Notes: generated from the sequence alone by a model not told the origin. Positions 22,231 to 31,550 are shown, counted from the first letter of the stretch. The stretch is DNA of 32,000 bases from Vibrio alginolyticus NBRC 15630 = ATCC 17749 (GCF_000354175.2 NC_022349.1:750001-782000); one strand, 5' to 3'. Numbers and translations are program-made.

Positions 22231-23412
22231 ATGCCTTTAGCTTTACTTGCATTGACGCTTAGCGCCTTTGCTATTGGAACCACGGAGTTTGTAATTGTCG
22301 GTCTGATACCGACTATGGCCTCCGACCTCAACGTATCATTACCTTCAGCGGGTCTTTTAGTTAGCCTGTACGCACTTGGTGTTGCGGTTGGTGCTCCCGT
22401 TTTAACAGCGCTGACTGGTAACTGGAAAAGAAAGTACGTTCTGCTTTCTGTTATGGCACTGTTTGTTCTTGGCAATCTGTTAGCCTGGCAAGCACCTGGA
22501 TACAACACACTAGTTACAGCAAGGATACTGACCGGGCTTGCACACGGTGTGTTCTTTTCGATCGGCTCGACTATCGCCACTGGCCTAGTGTCAAAAGAAA
22601 AAGCCGCTAGCGCAATTGCTATTATGTTTACCGGTCTGACCGTAGCTCTAGTGACGGGCGTGCCACTTGGAACCTGGATTGGCCAGACATTTGGTTGGCA
22701 GGCAACCTTCCTAATCGTCGCGATCCTTGGAATCATCGCACTGATAGGAAGCGCTCTACTAGTGCCGAGTAATCTGAAACAACCACCAGCAACCAAGCTG
22801 TCATCGCAAGTAAAAGTCTTGACTCAGCCTCGTCTACTTTTGGTGTACGCAATCACCGCGCTCGGTTACGGTGGTACGTTCACAGCCTTCACTTACTTGG
22901 CTCCTATTTTGGAAGAAGTTTCGGGGTTTGGCTCTAGCGCTATCAGCCTAATTATGTTGGTTTATGGTGTATCAGTCGCATTCGGCAACATCTGGGGCGG
23001 AAAGATGGCCGACTCTATGGGGCCAATCAAAGCTCTGACAGCGATTTTCTCGGGCCTAATTGTGGTATTGCTCGTGTTTAGTGTCACAGCATTTAATCCA
23101 ATTTCTGCAGTAGTGACCATTCTTGTCTGGGGTGCCTTTGCCTTTGGTAACGTTCCAGGACTTCAAGTTTATGTTGTCAAACTAGCAGAGAAATATTCAC
23201 CTGATGCAGTCGACGTCGCTTCTGGTCTCAACATTGCTGCATTTAACGTAGGTATTGCACTGGGTTCTTGGGGCGGTGGCCTTATCGTGGCCAATGCTGG
23301 GCTGATGCACACACCTTGGATTGGCGCGATCGTAGTATTAGGTGCTCTACTACTAACCCGTTTCAGCGGAATGCTAGACAAGCGTGGAGAGCAGCACGCA
23401 ACGGCACACTGA
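22231..23412 (+). CDS. MFS transporter (DHA1-type, YdhP/NepI-like efflux family)
   Basis: 393 aa with about 12 predicted hydrophobic helices. The N-terminal LSAFAIGTTEFVIVGLIPTMASDLNVSLPSAGLLVSLYALGVAVGAPVL is typical of this MFS subgroup. Confidence 0.8.
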   Translation: MPLALLALTLSAFAIGTTEFVIVGLIPTMASDLNVSLPSAGLLVSLYALGVAVGAPVLTALTGNWKRKYVLLSVMALFVLGNLLAWQAPGYNTLVTARILTGLAHGVFFSIGSTIATGLVSKEKAASAIAIMFTGLTVALVTGVPLGTWIGQTFGWQATFLIVAILGIIALIGSALLVPSNLKQPPATKLSSQVKVLTQPRLLLVYAITALGYGGTFTAFTYLAPILEEVSGFGSSAISLIMLVYGVSVAFGNIWGGKMADSMGPIKALTAIFSGLIVVLLVFSVTAFNPISAVVTILVWGAFAFGNVPGLQVYVVKLAEKYSPDAVDVASGLNIAAFNVGIALGSWGGGLIVANAGLMHTPWIGAIVVLGALLLTRFSGMLDKRGEQHATAH

Positions 23413-23446
23413 TTCACGTTCCAAATCGATAAAAATCACTTAAATT

Positions 23447-23467
23447 AGCCCGGCATTACGTCGGGCT
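23447..23467 (+). terminator. Possible terminator after the MFS gene
   Basis: AGCCCG-gcattacgt-CGGGCT followed by TTC (weak T-tract). Confidence 0.4.
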
Positions 23468-23500
23468 TTCAATACAGAGTTCAAATACACCATTGACTGA

Positions 23501-23520
23501 GGTAGAAAGTTTATTCTACC
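23501..23520. promoter_or_regulatory. Candidate TetR operator
   Basis: Perfect dyad GGTAGAA-agttta-TTCTACC lies 27 nt upstream of the TetR start. A third half-site TTCTACC sits at 23538-23544. Confidence 0.5.
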
Positions 23521-23546
23521 CTTAGGTAAAACAAACGTTCTACCTG

Positions 23547-24077
23547 GTGTATCAAATAGTGAAAGAAAAAATCGCAGCAAGCCTAGAAAAAGCATTCAGT
23601 CAGTATGGCTTCGCCGAGCCTAGCGTACCCCAACTCAAAAACGCCTGCGAAGTCAGCCTGAGAACCCTGTACAAATACTACCCCTCCAAGGAAGCGATGA
23701 TTGTTGCAGCTCTCGAGCATCGCCATCAAAGGTATTTGAGTTTTTTGCTCGAAGACGCCCCTGCCAATGGAACACCGGCTGTATTACACCTATTCACTCG
23801 CCTCGAGGATTGGATGAAGGAGTTTGCACCGAATGGCTGCATGTCCATCAATGCATTAGCAGCCTATCCAGAAAATCTATCAATTAATCAAGCAGTAAAA
23901 CAACACAAATTGGCGGTTCGTCAGCTTATGGTCCAACTAAGTCAGCGAGAAGACCTCGCAACCACACTCTTCTTGTTACATGAAGGTCTATCCAACGCAT
24001 GGCCGGTTCTCGGTCACGCTGCCTTTGCATCCGCTGAACACACTCTGCTAGAACTAATGAAGGAGAACAATCAATGA
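23547..24077 (+). CDS. TetR/AcrR-family transcriptional regulator
   Basis: The HTH region PSVPQLKNACEVSLRTLYKYYPSKEAMIVAAL is followed by a helical ligand-binding domain. GTG start (alternative GTG at 23559). The stop overlaps the next gene's start (ATGA). Confidence 0.75.
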   Translation: MYQIVKEKIAASLEKAFSQYGFAEPSVPQLKNACEVSLRTLYKYYPSKEAMIVAALEHRHQRYLSFLLEDAPANGTPAVLHLFTRLEDWMKEFAPNGCMSINALAAYPENLSINQAVKQHKLAVRQLMVQLSQREDLATTLFLLHEGLSNAWPVLGHAAFASAEHTLLELMKENNQ

Positions 24078-25123
24078 CCACAATCCCGAAAGTCATGAAA
24101 GGCGTCCAACTTATCGGTCATGGTGGGCCAGATATGCTTCGTTACCGCGATGATCTACCTGTACCAGTCCCCTCGCCTGATGATGTATTGATCCAAGTTG
24201 CCGCCGCCGGAGTCAATAACACCGACATCAATACCCGAACAGCATGGTATTCTAAAAACGACGCCAATAGCATGGATGCAAGCTGGTCAGGAGACGCGCT
24301 ATCTCTCCCTCGAATCCAAGGTGCCGATGTATGCGGTACCATCGTCGCTGTTGGTGAGAATATCTGCCCATCACGAATCGGTCAGCGTGTGCTTATCGAA
24401 CCATGTATTACGCGCTTCAACAGTCAAGCACTTAGCTCGCCTTGGTACTTCGGTTCAGAGTGTGATGGTGGCTTTGCTCAGTTCACTGTTGTTGACAGTG
24501 AACATGCATATGCAGTGAATAGTAGTTTATCGGATATCGACTTGGCCTCCTTCCCTTGTTCTTATTCAACTGCCGAGAACATGCTTGTCCGCTCTAATGT
24601 CACAGCGAGCGATACCGTACTGATTTCAGGGGCATCCGGTGGTGTTGGCTCTGCCGCAATCCAACTGGCGAAGGCGCGTGGAGCATACGTCATTGCTATC
24701 GCCAGCCCAGAAAAGAAAGAACAGATCACGGCATTAGGAGCAAACCAAGTTATCCCTCGCGATGCAAATTTGCCGGCGACTCTCGGAGAAAACAGCGTTG
24801 ACGTAGTGATTGATCTGGTCGCAGGAGAGCAGTGGCCACAATTTCTTCAGGTACTAAAACCAGGATCAAGATACGCTGTTTCCGGCGCCATAGGCGGTCC
24901 AATTGTCGAGCTGGATGTAAGAACTCTTTACCTTAAAGACCTAGCGTTATTTGGTTGTACCGTTTTGGCACCAGAAGTATTCGGTAACTTGGTTCGCTAT
25001 ATCGAACAGAACGCAATTCGCCCCTTAGTCGCGGAGTCATTTCCCTTAAACCAGATAGGTCAAGCGCAAGAAGTATTTTCACGCAAGCAACATACTGGGA
25101 AACTGGTTTTGGAAATCACATAG
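24074..25123 (+). CDS. Medium-chain (zinc-type) alcohol dehydrogenase / quinone oxidoreductase family protein
   Basis: 349 aa. GHGGPDML...DVLIQVAAAGVNNTDI forms the GroES-like fold. ISGASGGVGSAAIQLAK is the Rossmann motif. It has a 4-bp overlap with the TetR gene. Confidence 0.85.
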   Translation: MTTIPKVMKGVQLIGHGGPDMLRYRDDLPVPVPSPDDVLIQVAAAGVNNTDINTRTAWYSKNDANSMDASWSGDALSLPRIQGADVCGTIVAVGENICPSRIGQRVLIEPCITRFNSQALSSPWYFGSECDGGFAQFTVVDSEHAYAVNSSLSDIDLASFPCSYSTAENMLVRSNVTASDTVLISGASGGVGSAAIQLAKARGAYVIAIASPEKKEQITALGANQVIPRDANLPATLGENSVDVVIDLVAGEQWPQFLQVLKPGSRYAVSGAIGGPIVELDVRTLYLKDLALFGCTVLAPEVFGNLVRYIEQNAIRPLVAESFPLNQIGQAQEVFSRKQHTGKLVLEIT

Positions 25124-25324
25124 CTTTTCGATTAACAGCGGCCTATACAAGTCGTTGTAATTTGAGAACACTTTAAGCATCCTAAAAAGTTCTCAATACT
25201 TAGAAGATCGCTACGGTTGGCTTAGCTTGTTATCCCTTTTCATCACGCTAAGCCAGCTTGTAAAAATACGTGTTTGTTTCTGAGTTATAAATGTTTAATA
25301 CCAACATTATCTTACTTCTGGCGT

Positions 25325-26236
25325 TTATGAACAGAACCGAGATCTGAACGACTTTGGTGTTAAACCTACGATCCTATTAAATATTTTCCTGAACGCGCTC
25401 ACATCTTGGTAACCCACTCTAAATGATATTGCGTCAAATGTTAGGGTTGTCGACTCAAGTAAATCACAAGCTTTTTGGACTCTTAAGCTTTGTATGTATT
25501 GGTTAACATTGAAACCTGTCGCCTTTTTAAAGCGTCGCTGCAATGTCCTTTCTGTTAAACAACTCAACTCTGCAAGCTCTTTATTGCTCAGTTTTCCTTG
25601 ATAATGATCGTTTATATAGTGCTGTAGTTGAACAATTACCTCATCACCATGTTGGAAGTTTGGGGTAAACTGTTGATAAAAGCGTTGCTCTCTCGGACCA
25701 GTATCAATAACCAACATTTTTCCTAACAGGCGCATTACTGCCGGTGACGCAAATAAGGAAACCAATTCCAAGCCTAAATCCACCCATGACATCATACCCC
25801 CAGCCGTAATGATCGTTCCTTCGTTAATAAGGATGGCTTCTTGTCTTACGTGGATATCGGGAAACTGACTCGCTAATGAAAGAGCCAAGCCCCAGTGTGT
25901 TGTGCAAGACTTATTGGTCAACAACTGGGTTTGAGCAAGAATAAAAGTACCAGCGCAGGCGGAGGCTAAAATCGCACCTTTACTATATTGGACATTTAAC
26001 CAGTCGAGTAGCTCTGGCTCTGGTTCTAAGTAATATTGACCAGTACCGCTAGGCGGAATCATTACCGCTGTTTTCACATCGAAGTGCGTGTTTGGCCAGT
26101 GATCCAATATCTCTACTTCAAAGTGCACATCAACGCCCAATTTAGCCGCCGCACGGTTTGCCATCTCGAAGAGTTCGCTTAAACCATATACGGAGGCTTG
26201 CGAGCTATCTGGGTAATTAACGAGTGCTATTTTCAT
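25325..26236 (-). CDS. GlxA-family transcriptional regulator (DJ-1/PfpI-like domain plus AraC-type HTH)
   Basis: 303 aa. The N-terminal DJ-1/PfpI-like fold includes ...ILASACAGTFILAQTQLL. The C-terminal AraC HTH includes LSNKELAELSCLTERTLQRRFKKATGFNVNQYIQSLRVQKACDLLEST...ISFRVGYQDVSAFRKIFNRIVGLTP. Confidence 0.85.
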   Translation of the reverse strand: MKIALVNYPDSSQASVYGLSELFEMANRAAAKLGVDVHFEVEILDHWPNTHFDVKTAVMIPPSGTGQYYLEPEPELLDWLNVQYSKGAILASACAGTFILAQTQLLTNKSCTTHWGLALSLASQFPDIHVRQEAILINEGTIITAGGMMSWVDLGLELVSLFASPAVMRLLGKMLVIDTGPREQRFYQQFTPNFQHGDEVIVQLQHYINDHYQGKLSNKELAELSCLTERTLQRRFKKATGFNVNQYIQSLRVQKACDLLESTTLTFDAISFRVGYQDVSAFRKIFNRIVGLTPKSFRSRFCS

Positions 26237-26349
26237 TTATCTTCAAGTGTCGCTTTTTGACTCTTTTGTGTCATTTTAGACTCTAAAGGAGGTGGCTAAA
26301 AGTCTTTATATTATTCTTATCGCAATGATCCTCAATAAAGGAAAAGAAA

Positions 26350-26868
26350 ATGACTCAAAAAGCCCTACTTGTAATTGATTTGCAAAACGACTATTTCCCA
26401 GACGGAAAGTTTCCTTTATGGAATACAGAATCGACTTTAGACAATGTTAAGAGAGCAATAACTAAAGCCAATGGGCAAAACATTCCTGTGATTCATATTC
26501 AGCATATTGCCGATCCTGACATGGGCATTGCCCCATTCTTCAATGAAGGCAACGACGGTGCCAATATTCACCCAGAAGTTCTTGCTTTAGCACCGAATTC
26601 CGAAATCGTGGTAAAGCACTTCGCAGATAGCTTTGAAGGAACACGTTTAGAAGAAGTATTGGCAAGCAAAAATGTAACGGAGTTACTTGTATGCGGAATG
26701 ATGACACAAAACTGCGTGACACATACAGCTATCTCAAAATCTGCGGACAAGTATGATGTTTCGATCTTAATCGATAGCTGTACCACGGTCGATGAAATGA
26801 TTCACAACATTGCACTTCACGCTGTCTCAACGAGAGTTCCCCTCGTAACTATTGAAGATAAGCTGTAA
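26350..26868 (+). CDS. Cysteine hydrolase / isochorismatase-family protein
   Basis: 172 aa. ALLVIDLQNDYF contains the catalytic Asp motif and LLVCGMMTQNCV contains the catalytic Cys. It is divergent from the GlxA regulator, which is a common pairing. Confidence 0.85.
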   Translation: MTQKALLVIDLQNDYFPDGKFPLWNTESTLDNVKRAITKANGQNIPVIHIQHIADPDMGIAPFFNEGNDGANIHPEVLALAPNSEIVVKHFADSFEGTRLEEVLASKNVTELLVCGMMTQNCVTHTAISKSADKYDVSILIDSCTTVDEMIHNIALHAVSTRVPLVTIEDKL

Positions 26869-26878
26869 TACACGCAAA

Positions 26879-26909
26879 ACCTTTCGCTCACACAATGCGG
26901 GCGAAAGGT
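26879..26909 (+). terminator. Possible terminator hairpin after the isochorismatase gene
   Basis: ACCTTTCGC-13 nt-GCGAAAGGT, with no T-tract. Confidence 0.3.
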
Positions 26910-26988
26910 CACACATATATGCACTTTCATTGATATTTGCTTACTTTGTGTTAAACATTGGTTTCCAAATAGTTACAAGGAAACGTTT

Positions 26989-27750
26989 ATGAAATGGATA
27001 GTCGTATTGTTTATTAGCTTATTTTCAGTTTTCAGCCATGCGAAAGAGTGGAAACAAATTCGCTTCACTGTTGAAGGGGCTTACCCCCCATTTAGCTGGA
27101 CGACAAAAGAGGGAAAGCTAGAAGGGTTTGAAGTCGACCTCGCTAACGCGTTATGCAAAGAGTTAGAAGTAAAGTGCGTTATCTCAAAAATGGATTGGGA
27201 TGGCATCATCCCTTCTCTCCTTAGTCGCAAGAACGATGCGATTATTGCTGCAATGACAATCACAGAAGAACGAGAAAAGAAAGTCGATTTCACCGTCCCT
27301 TATGCAAAAGTACCGACTCGTTTTGTAATGAAAAATGATAGAGAAATCAACATGGATGACGGCAGCCTAAATCGTTTATCTATTGGAGTTCAAAGAGCCA
27401 CAATTGGTGATAAGTACCTTTCTGCCTTGTATCCAGATATTGATATTCGTCGTTATGGTACGTTCGATGAGGCATTTACCGATCTACTCAATGGACGGTT
27501 AGATGCTGTATTTGGCGGCTCAATCGGTTTAAGTGCTGGTTTTCTTGAAACTGCACAAGGTGAAGGCTATCACTTTACTGGACCAGCGTTTACAGAGGAA
27601 AAGTGGTTCGGCCGTGGCATTGGCGTAGCAGTGAGAAAACAAGACAAAGAATTAAAAGCATTACTCGATAGCGGAATACAAAAATTGATCCAGAGCGGTA
27701 AGCATAAAACCATCGCCAGCAAGTATTTCTCCTATAGTATTTACGAGTAA
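26989..27750 (+). CDS. Periplasmic amino-acid-binding protein (family 3 SBP, HisJ/ArgT-like)
   Basis: Signal peptide: MKWIVVLFISLFSVFSHA. IRFTVEGAYPPFSW...GFEVDLANALCKELEVKC...DWDGIIPSLLSRKNDAIIAAMTITEEREKKVDF is colinear with my recollection of LAO/HisJ-type binding proteins. Confidence 0.8.
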   Translation: MKWIVVLFISLFSVFSHAKEWKQIRFTVEGAYPPFSWTTKEGKLEGFEVDLANALCKELEVKCVISKMDWDGIIPSLLSRKNDAIIAAMTITEEREKKVDFTVPYAKVPTRFVMKNDREINMDDGSLNRLSIGVQRATIGDKYLSALYPDIDIRRYGTFDEAFTDLLNGRLDAVFGGSIGLSAGFLETAQGEGYHFTGPAFTEEKWFGRGIGVAVRKQDKELKALLDSGIQKLIQSGKHKTIASKYFSYSIYE

Positions 27751-27810
27751 CCCCGTTATTTTTTTACAGTCTGCGCGGTATAGGAAACTTCCCTTTCCCT
27801 ATATGGCGAC

Positions 27811-27850
27811 AAAAACAGAGCCCTCGAGCAATCGCCCGAGGGTTATTTTT
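27811..27850. terminator. Bidirectional terminator between the convergent SBP and permease genes
   Basis: CCCTCG-agcaatcgc-CGAGGG (27821-27842). It is flanked by AAAAA upstream and TTATTTTTAT downstream, giving a T-tract on both strands. Confidence 0.6.
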
Positions 27851-28961
27851 ATAAAAAAGCCCACGTATATAAGTAACCCGCTCCCATGGCCATCGTTAAG
27901 ATAACGATTAGGAAGGCAGCAATCATCTGGTTCTTAAAAATTGATTTCAACAAAATCACTTCTGTAAGACTTGCGCCAGCACTACCAATAATAAGCGCCA
28001 TAACAGATCCAAGAGCCATACCTTTTTGTACTAGTGCCGCGCTAAGTGGAATGACCGCCTCTGCACGGATGTACAATGGAATACCAATGATTGCTGCGAC
28101 CGGAATCGCGTACCACTTCGCTTCACCTGCGAACTCCGCAATGAACTCCGTCGGGATGAAGCCATAGATAAATGAACCAATCGCAATGCCCATCATGAGA
28201 TAAGGGAACACTTGCTTAAAGTCTTTCCAAGTTGATTGCCAAATACGTACCCAGCGGCTAGGCTCTTTCTCTTCCACGACTGTCGCTGTTGCACTACCGT
28301 CTGATGAACAGCAGGACACTTCCACTTTAGGTTCAGGTTTTGGTGCATCACCACAACAAGATGTTTTCGCCGCAACTGGCGTAGGTTCATTGCAGGCGCT
28401 GGTATCACAGATTGATGCTGGTCTCGCTTCTTCTTTTTTCTTGCTTGAATCGCCACAAGAAGTACCGCACGAAGAAGAACCTACCGCTTGATATGCTTCT
28501 GGTTTGACGTAACGTTCAAACCCTAGTTTTTCAAGTACATAGCCTGCTACCACTGATACTGACATCGCAATAGCAAAGTAAAATACCGCAACTTTCCAAC
28601 CAAAAGTCACCACAAACAAGCCAATAATCACTGGGTTAAGCAACGGGCTTGCAAATAGGAACACCATCATAGGTCCAAAACCTGCTCTTGCACGCAACAA
28701 GCCTTTTAAGAAAGGAATGGTCGAACACGAACAGAAAGGCGTAATCGAGCCTAGCAACGCAGCAATGAAGTAACCTTTACCCTTTTTCGAGCTGAGAATA
28801 GATTGAATTTTTTCTGGCGTTAGAAAATCTTGCAACACACCGACAATGTAGCTAATTGCCAGAAATAAGATGATAAGTTCAGTTGCTAGAAACGCAAACA
28901 TATCCAGCGCTTCTTTAGCCATAGTTATAATTTCTGTATTCACATTTACTCTCCTCGTCAT
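27849..28961 (-). CDS. ArsP-like permease (PF03773/DUF318-type) with a cysteine-rich central loop
   Basis: The ITPFCSCSTIPF vicinal-Cys motif (C77/C79) is as in ArsP-type permeases. There are about 8-10 TM helices. The loop at residues ~161-225 carries 8 Cys (SCGTSCG, ICDTSAC, SCCG, SCCS). The start is uncertain: ATG at 28961, GTG at 28943 (AGGAGA 6 nt upstream) or ATG at 28922. Confidence 0.75.
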   Translation of the reverse strand: MTRRVNVNTEIITMAKEALDMFAFLATELIILFLAISYIVGVLQDFLTPEKIQSILSSKKGKGYFIAALLGSITPFCSCSTIPFLKGLLRARAGFGPMMVFLFASPLLNPVIIGLFVVTFGWKVAVFYFAIAMSVSVVAGYVLEKLGFERYVKPEAYQAVGSSSCGTSCGDSSKKKEEARPASICDTSACNEPTPVAAKTSCCGDAPKPEPKVEVSCCSSDGSATATVVEEKEPSRWVRIWQSTWKDFKQVFPYLMMGIAIGSFIYGFIPTEFIAEFAGEAKWYAIPVAAIIGIPLYIRAEAVIPLSAALVQKGMALGSVMALIIGSAGASLTEVILLKSIFKNQMIAAFLIVILTMAMGAGYLYTWAFL

Positions 28962-29268
28962 TTTTCTCTAACAAGCTTACCTGATAGATAAGCCTTTATT
29001 TCGACATTTCCGGAATTATAGAATCGCAAAACAAAAGATCAACAAAATATTTCCATAAAAATGGAATAATAAAACTAGTCATTACTTATCATAAAGTTAC
29101 ATGTCGTTAGCTATGCAGACTGGTTGTCGATGATAATTTCAGAGCATCTCGAATCCTTTTTATCAAACATAATCTAAAATTATCAAAATAAGAAAAAACC
29201 ATAATTATTGCAGCAGCACCCTCTGAGTTAGTATGACTTTCGACCATTCTTAATAATAAGGAAAACCT

Positions 29269-30261
29269 ATGAGAGCGATAACTTACCAACGAGATAAAGA
29301 TACTTTCTCTTTATCCGAATTACCTACACCAAAACTAGAAACCCAATTTGATGTATTGGTTAAAGTTAACGCTGTTGGTTTGAACCCTGTCGATGCAAAA
29401 ATTCATTATTGGTCAGACATGGTCACTAACATGAATAACAATTTTGTTGGCGGGTTAGACGTATCAGGAGAAATAGTCTCTGTAGGCGATGCGGTCGTTG
29501 ATTGGAAGGTTGGCGATAAAGTGTTGTATCACGGAAACATGAGACGCCATCACGGTGGATTCGCTGAATTTGCTATCCATGATTCAAGAACGCTCATAAA
29601 GCACCCTCAGGTTTCGGTTGAAGTGGCAGCATCTACACCTTGCGCAGCCTGGACCGCATATCGCGCTTTGGTAGACAAGCTCGGTATTTCAAATCGAAGC
29701 AGCATTTTTATCGCCGGAGGTGCTGGCGGCGTTGGAAGCTTTGCTATTCAGTTAGCAAAGACATTTGGTGTTGAACAGATCATTGCTACTAGTTCAGAAG
29801 CTAATCACGCATATTTGTCCTCGTTAGGAGCAACCCATACGATTGATTATCATCATGAAGATGTAGTTCAACGAGTAATGGACATTACCGGAAATCATGG
29901 CGTTGAGGTTGCACTCGATTGTGTAGGCGGTGATAACGACCGAATTGCAGCCTCGGTGTTAACCTTTGAGGGAGAAATGGTGGAGCTCGTCAAGACTGTC
30001 GACCCTTCTCAATATCCAGATGCCTTCTTAAAAGGCTTGGGCTTCCACCAAATAAGTTTGGGCTCTGGTCATGTCTTTGGCGAGAGAGGGTTTGCAAGTA
30101 TCGTTAATGCCGGAAAGGAAGTGTCGGAGCTATTAGAAAATGGAGAATTGGAAGTACCGAAACTGAAGATCATCGGCTTAGAGGATGTAGGTAACGCACT
30201 CTTGGACATGCGAAATCAGAGAACAGTTGGAAAGATTGTCGTTAATCTGAACCAAAAATAA
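29269..30261 (+). CDS. Medium-chain dehydrogenase/reductase (quinone oxidoreductase-like) family protein
   Basis: 330 aa. DVLVKVNAVGLNPVD forms the GroES-like fold and IAGGAGGVGSFAIQLAK forms the Rossmann motif. AAGGAAAA lies upstream of the ATG. Confidence 0.85.
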   Translation: MRAITYQRDKDTFSLSELPTPKLETQFDVLVKVNAVGLNPVDAKIHYWSDMVTNMNNNFVGGLDVSGEIVSVGDAVVDWKVGDKVLYHGNMRRHHGGFAEFAIHDSRTLIKHPQVSVEVAASTPCAAWTAYRALVDKLGISNRSSIFIAGGAGGVGSFAIQLAKTFGVEQIIATSSEANHAYLSSLGATHTIDYHHEDVVQRVMDITGNHGVEVALDCVGGDNDRIAASVLTFEGEMVELVKTVDPSQYPDAFLKGLGFHQISLGSGHVFGERGFASIVNAGKEVSELLENGELEVPKLKIIGLEDVGNALLDMRNQRTVGKIVVNLNQK

Positions 30262-30283
30262 TTAATAAAAATCTCGAGGCAAA

Positions 30284-30328
30284 CTGGCAAAGTAATGAGC
30301 AAGTTAAAGCATCTTGTTACTTTGCCAG
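30284..30328. terminator. Long hairpin between the convergent MDR and methyltransferase genes (probable bidirectional terminator)
   Basis: Perfect 12-bp stem CTGGCAAAGTAA ... TTACTTTGCCAG, with additional inner CAAG/CTTG pairing. Confidence 0.5.
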
Positions 30329-30408
30329 ATACGAAAGACCTTTATTTTATCTATAACGATGAATGAAAAACAAAATCTCTTGTCATACTTCCCTGCGCTT
30401 CACCAAAA

Positions 30409-31311
30409 TTAGGCGTTTTCGAGAGTGTCTCTCCAAGTCGCTAGCAGTTTAATATGACGTGGTTCAATCCCACAGCAACCACCAATAATGCTTGCTCCCT
30501 GCGCATGCCACGTTTTAGCATACTCAAGATATTCAGTCGGAGAGAAATGACGAACTTCCTGAATGGTCTCGTTGGCTTGGTGCGCTTGCTTTATCGGAGC
30601 AAAGCTATTTGCGAAAACACCTATCGTCAATTCTCTACCTGACTCACTCAATACTGCTTGTGTATCAATGATCGCTTGCTCGACAACTTCAGGAATAGAG
30701 CAATTGAAAAAGATACCTGAAACATTTGTTTTCAACAGCGTATTAACCGCGACTTTGAGAGATTCCCCTGAGCGAAGACGAGGCAAAGAGTTAGGCTCAT
30801 CCATTAAGGTGAAAGCAATATAATTGGGCTTATCTGTTTTGGCTAAAATTATTGATAGAACTTCAACTTCAGCGAGGCTAGACACGGTCTCAGCTAACCA
30901 AATATCAACATATTGATCTTGAGCTTCAAATAACTCAGAAGCCACTTCCAGTGCCCTTTTCGGCTCGAATAATTCAGGCCTGTAAGACCCCATTACAGGA
31001 GGAAGAGAACCCGCAACGAGCACTCTATCGTTAGAGCTGGTGACTACATCTCTGGCAATTTTAGCAGCAGATTTTGCTAACTCAGTCCCTCGCTTTGCAT
31101 AGAGTTCCTCGCCTAAGTGAAATGGAACACATGCATAACTGTTGACAGTGACAATCTCTGCGCCAGCGTCTATGAAATTCTCATGGGCCATTTTTACATA
31201 TTGTGGTGATTCAATTAGCGCTTGTGCACTCCAAAGCGGCTGAGAAAAAGGGGCGCCAATACGTTTCAACTCTCGCCCCATGCCACCATCTAAAATTGTT
31301 ACTTTCTTCAT
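30409..31311 (-). CDS. Homocysteine S-methyltransferase family protein (MmuM/YbgG-like)
   Basis: 300 aa. ILDGGMGREL...PLWSA is the N-terminal motif. The Zn-ligand cysteines are in FFNCS and GGCCGIEPRHI. Confidence 0.8.
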   Translation of the reverse strand: MKKVTILDGGMGRELKRIGAPFSQPLWSAQALIESPQYVKMAHENFIDAGAEIVTVNSYACVPFHLGEELYAKRGTELAKSAAKIARDVVTSSNDRVLVAGSLPPVMGSYRPELFEPKRALEVASELFEAQDQYVDIWLAETVSSLAEVEVLSIILAKTDKPNYIAFTLMDEPNSLPRLRSGESLKVAVNTLLKTNVSGIFFNCSIPEVVEQAIIDTQAVLSESGRELTIGVFANSFAPIKQAHQANETIQEVRHFSPTEYLEYAKTWHAQGASIIGGCCGIEPRHIKLLATWRDTLENA

Positions 31312-31550
31312 TTAGACATCCATACCGCCAAACATCCATAAGCTCTATTCAAACACAATTTTTATCAATTCAAAATGAAATTGTTATGTTTAAAGTGAAC
31401 AAAGACTTAATGGCTGATTAAACACTTTAGTATTTACCAGACCTTTCATTCGGACCAAGCTAATGTTATCGCCATTAACTTCGAGTAAAAAGCCCATTAT
31501 CTATGTCTCTCGGCGAGGCGAACGTTACGAGCCACAATAGTGCATGAAGT

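Noticed and set aside
22206-22796. 196-aa minus-strand ORF.
   Set aside because: It is antisense to the MFS transporter gene. Its A/P/T/R-rich composition is typical of the reverse reading of a membrane-protein gene.
29107-29289. 60-aa minus-strand ORF in the permease/MDR intergenic region.
   Set aside because: It has no RBS, overlaps the MDR start and sits in an AT-rich promoter region, so it is probably non-coding.
31203-31421. 72-aa + strand ORF overlapping the methyltransferase start.
   Set aside because: Half of it is antisense to the HMT gene and it has no supporting motifs.
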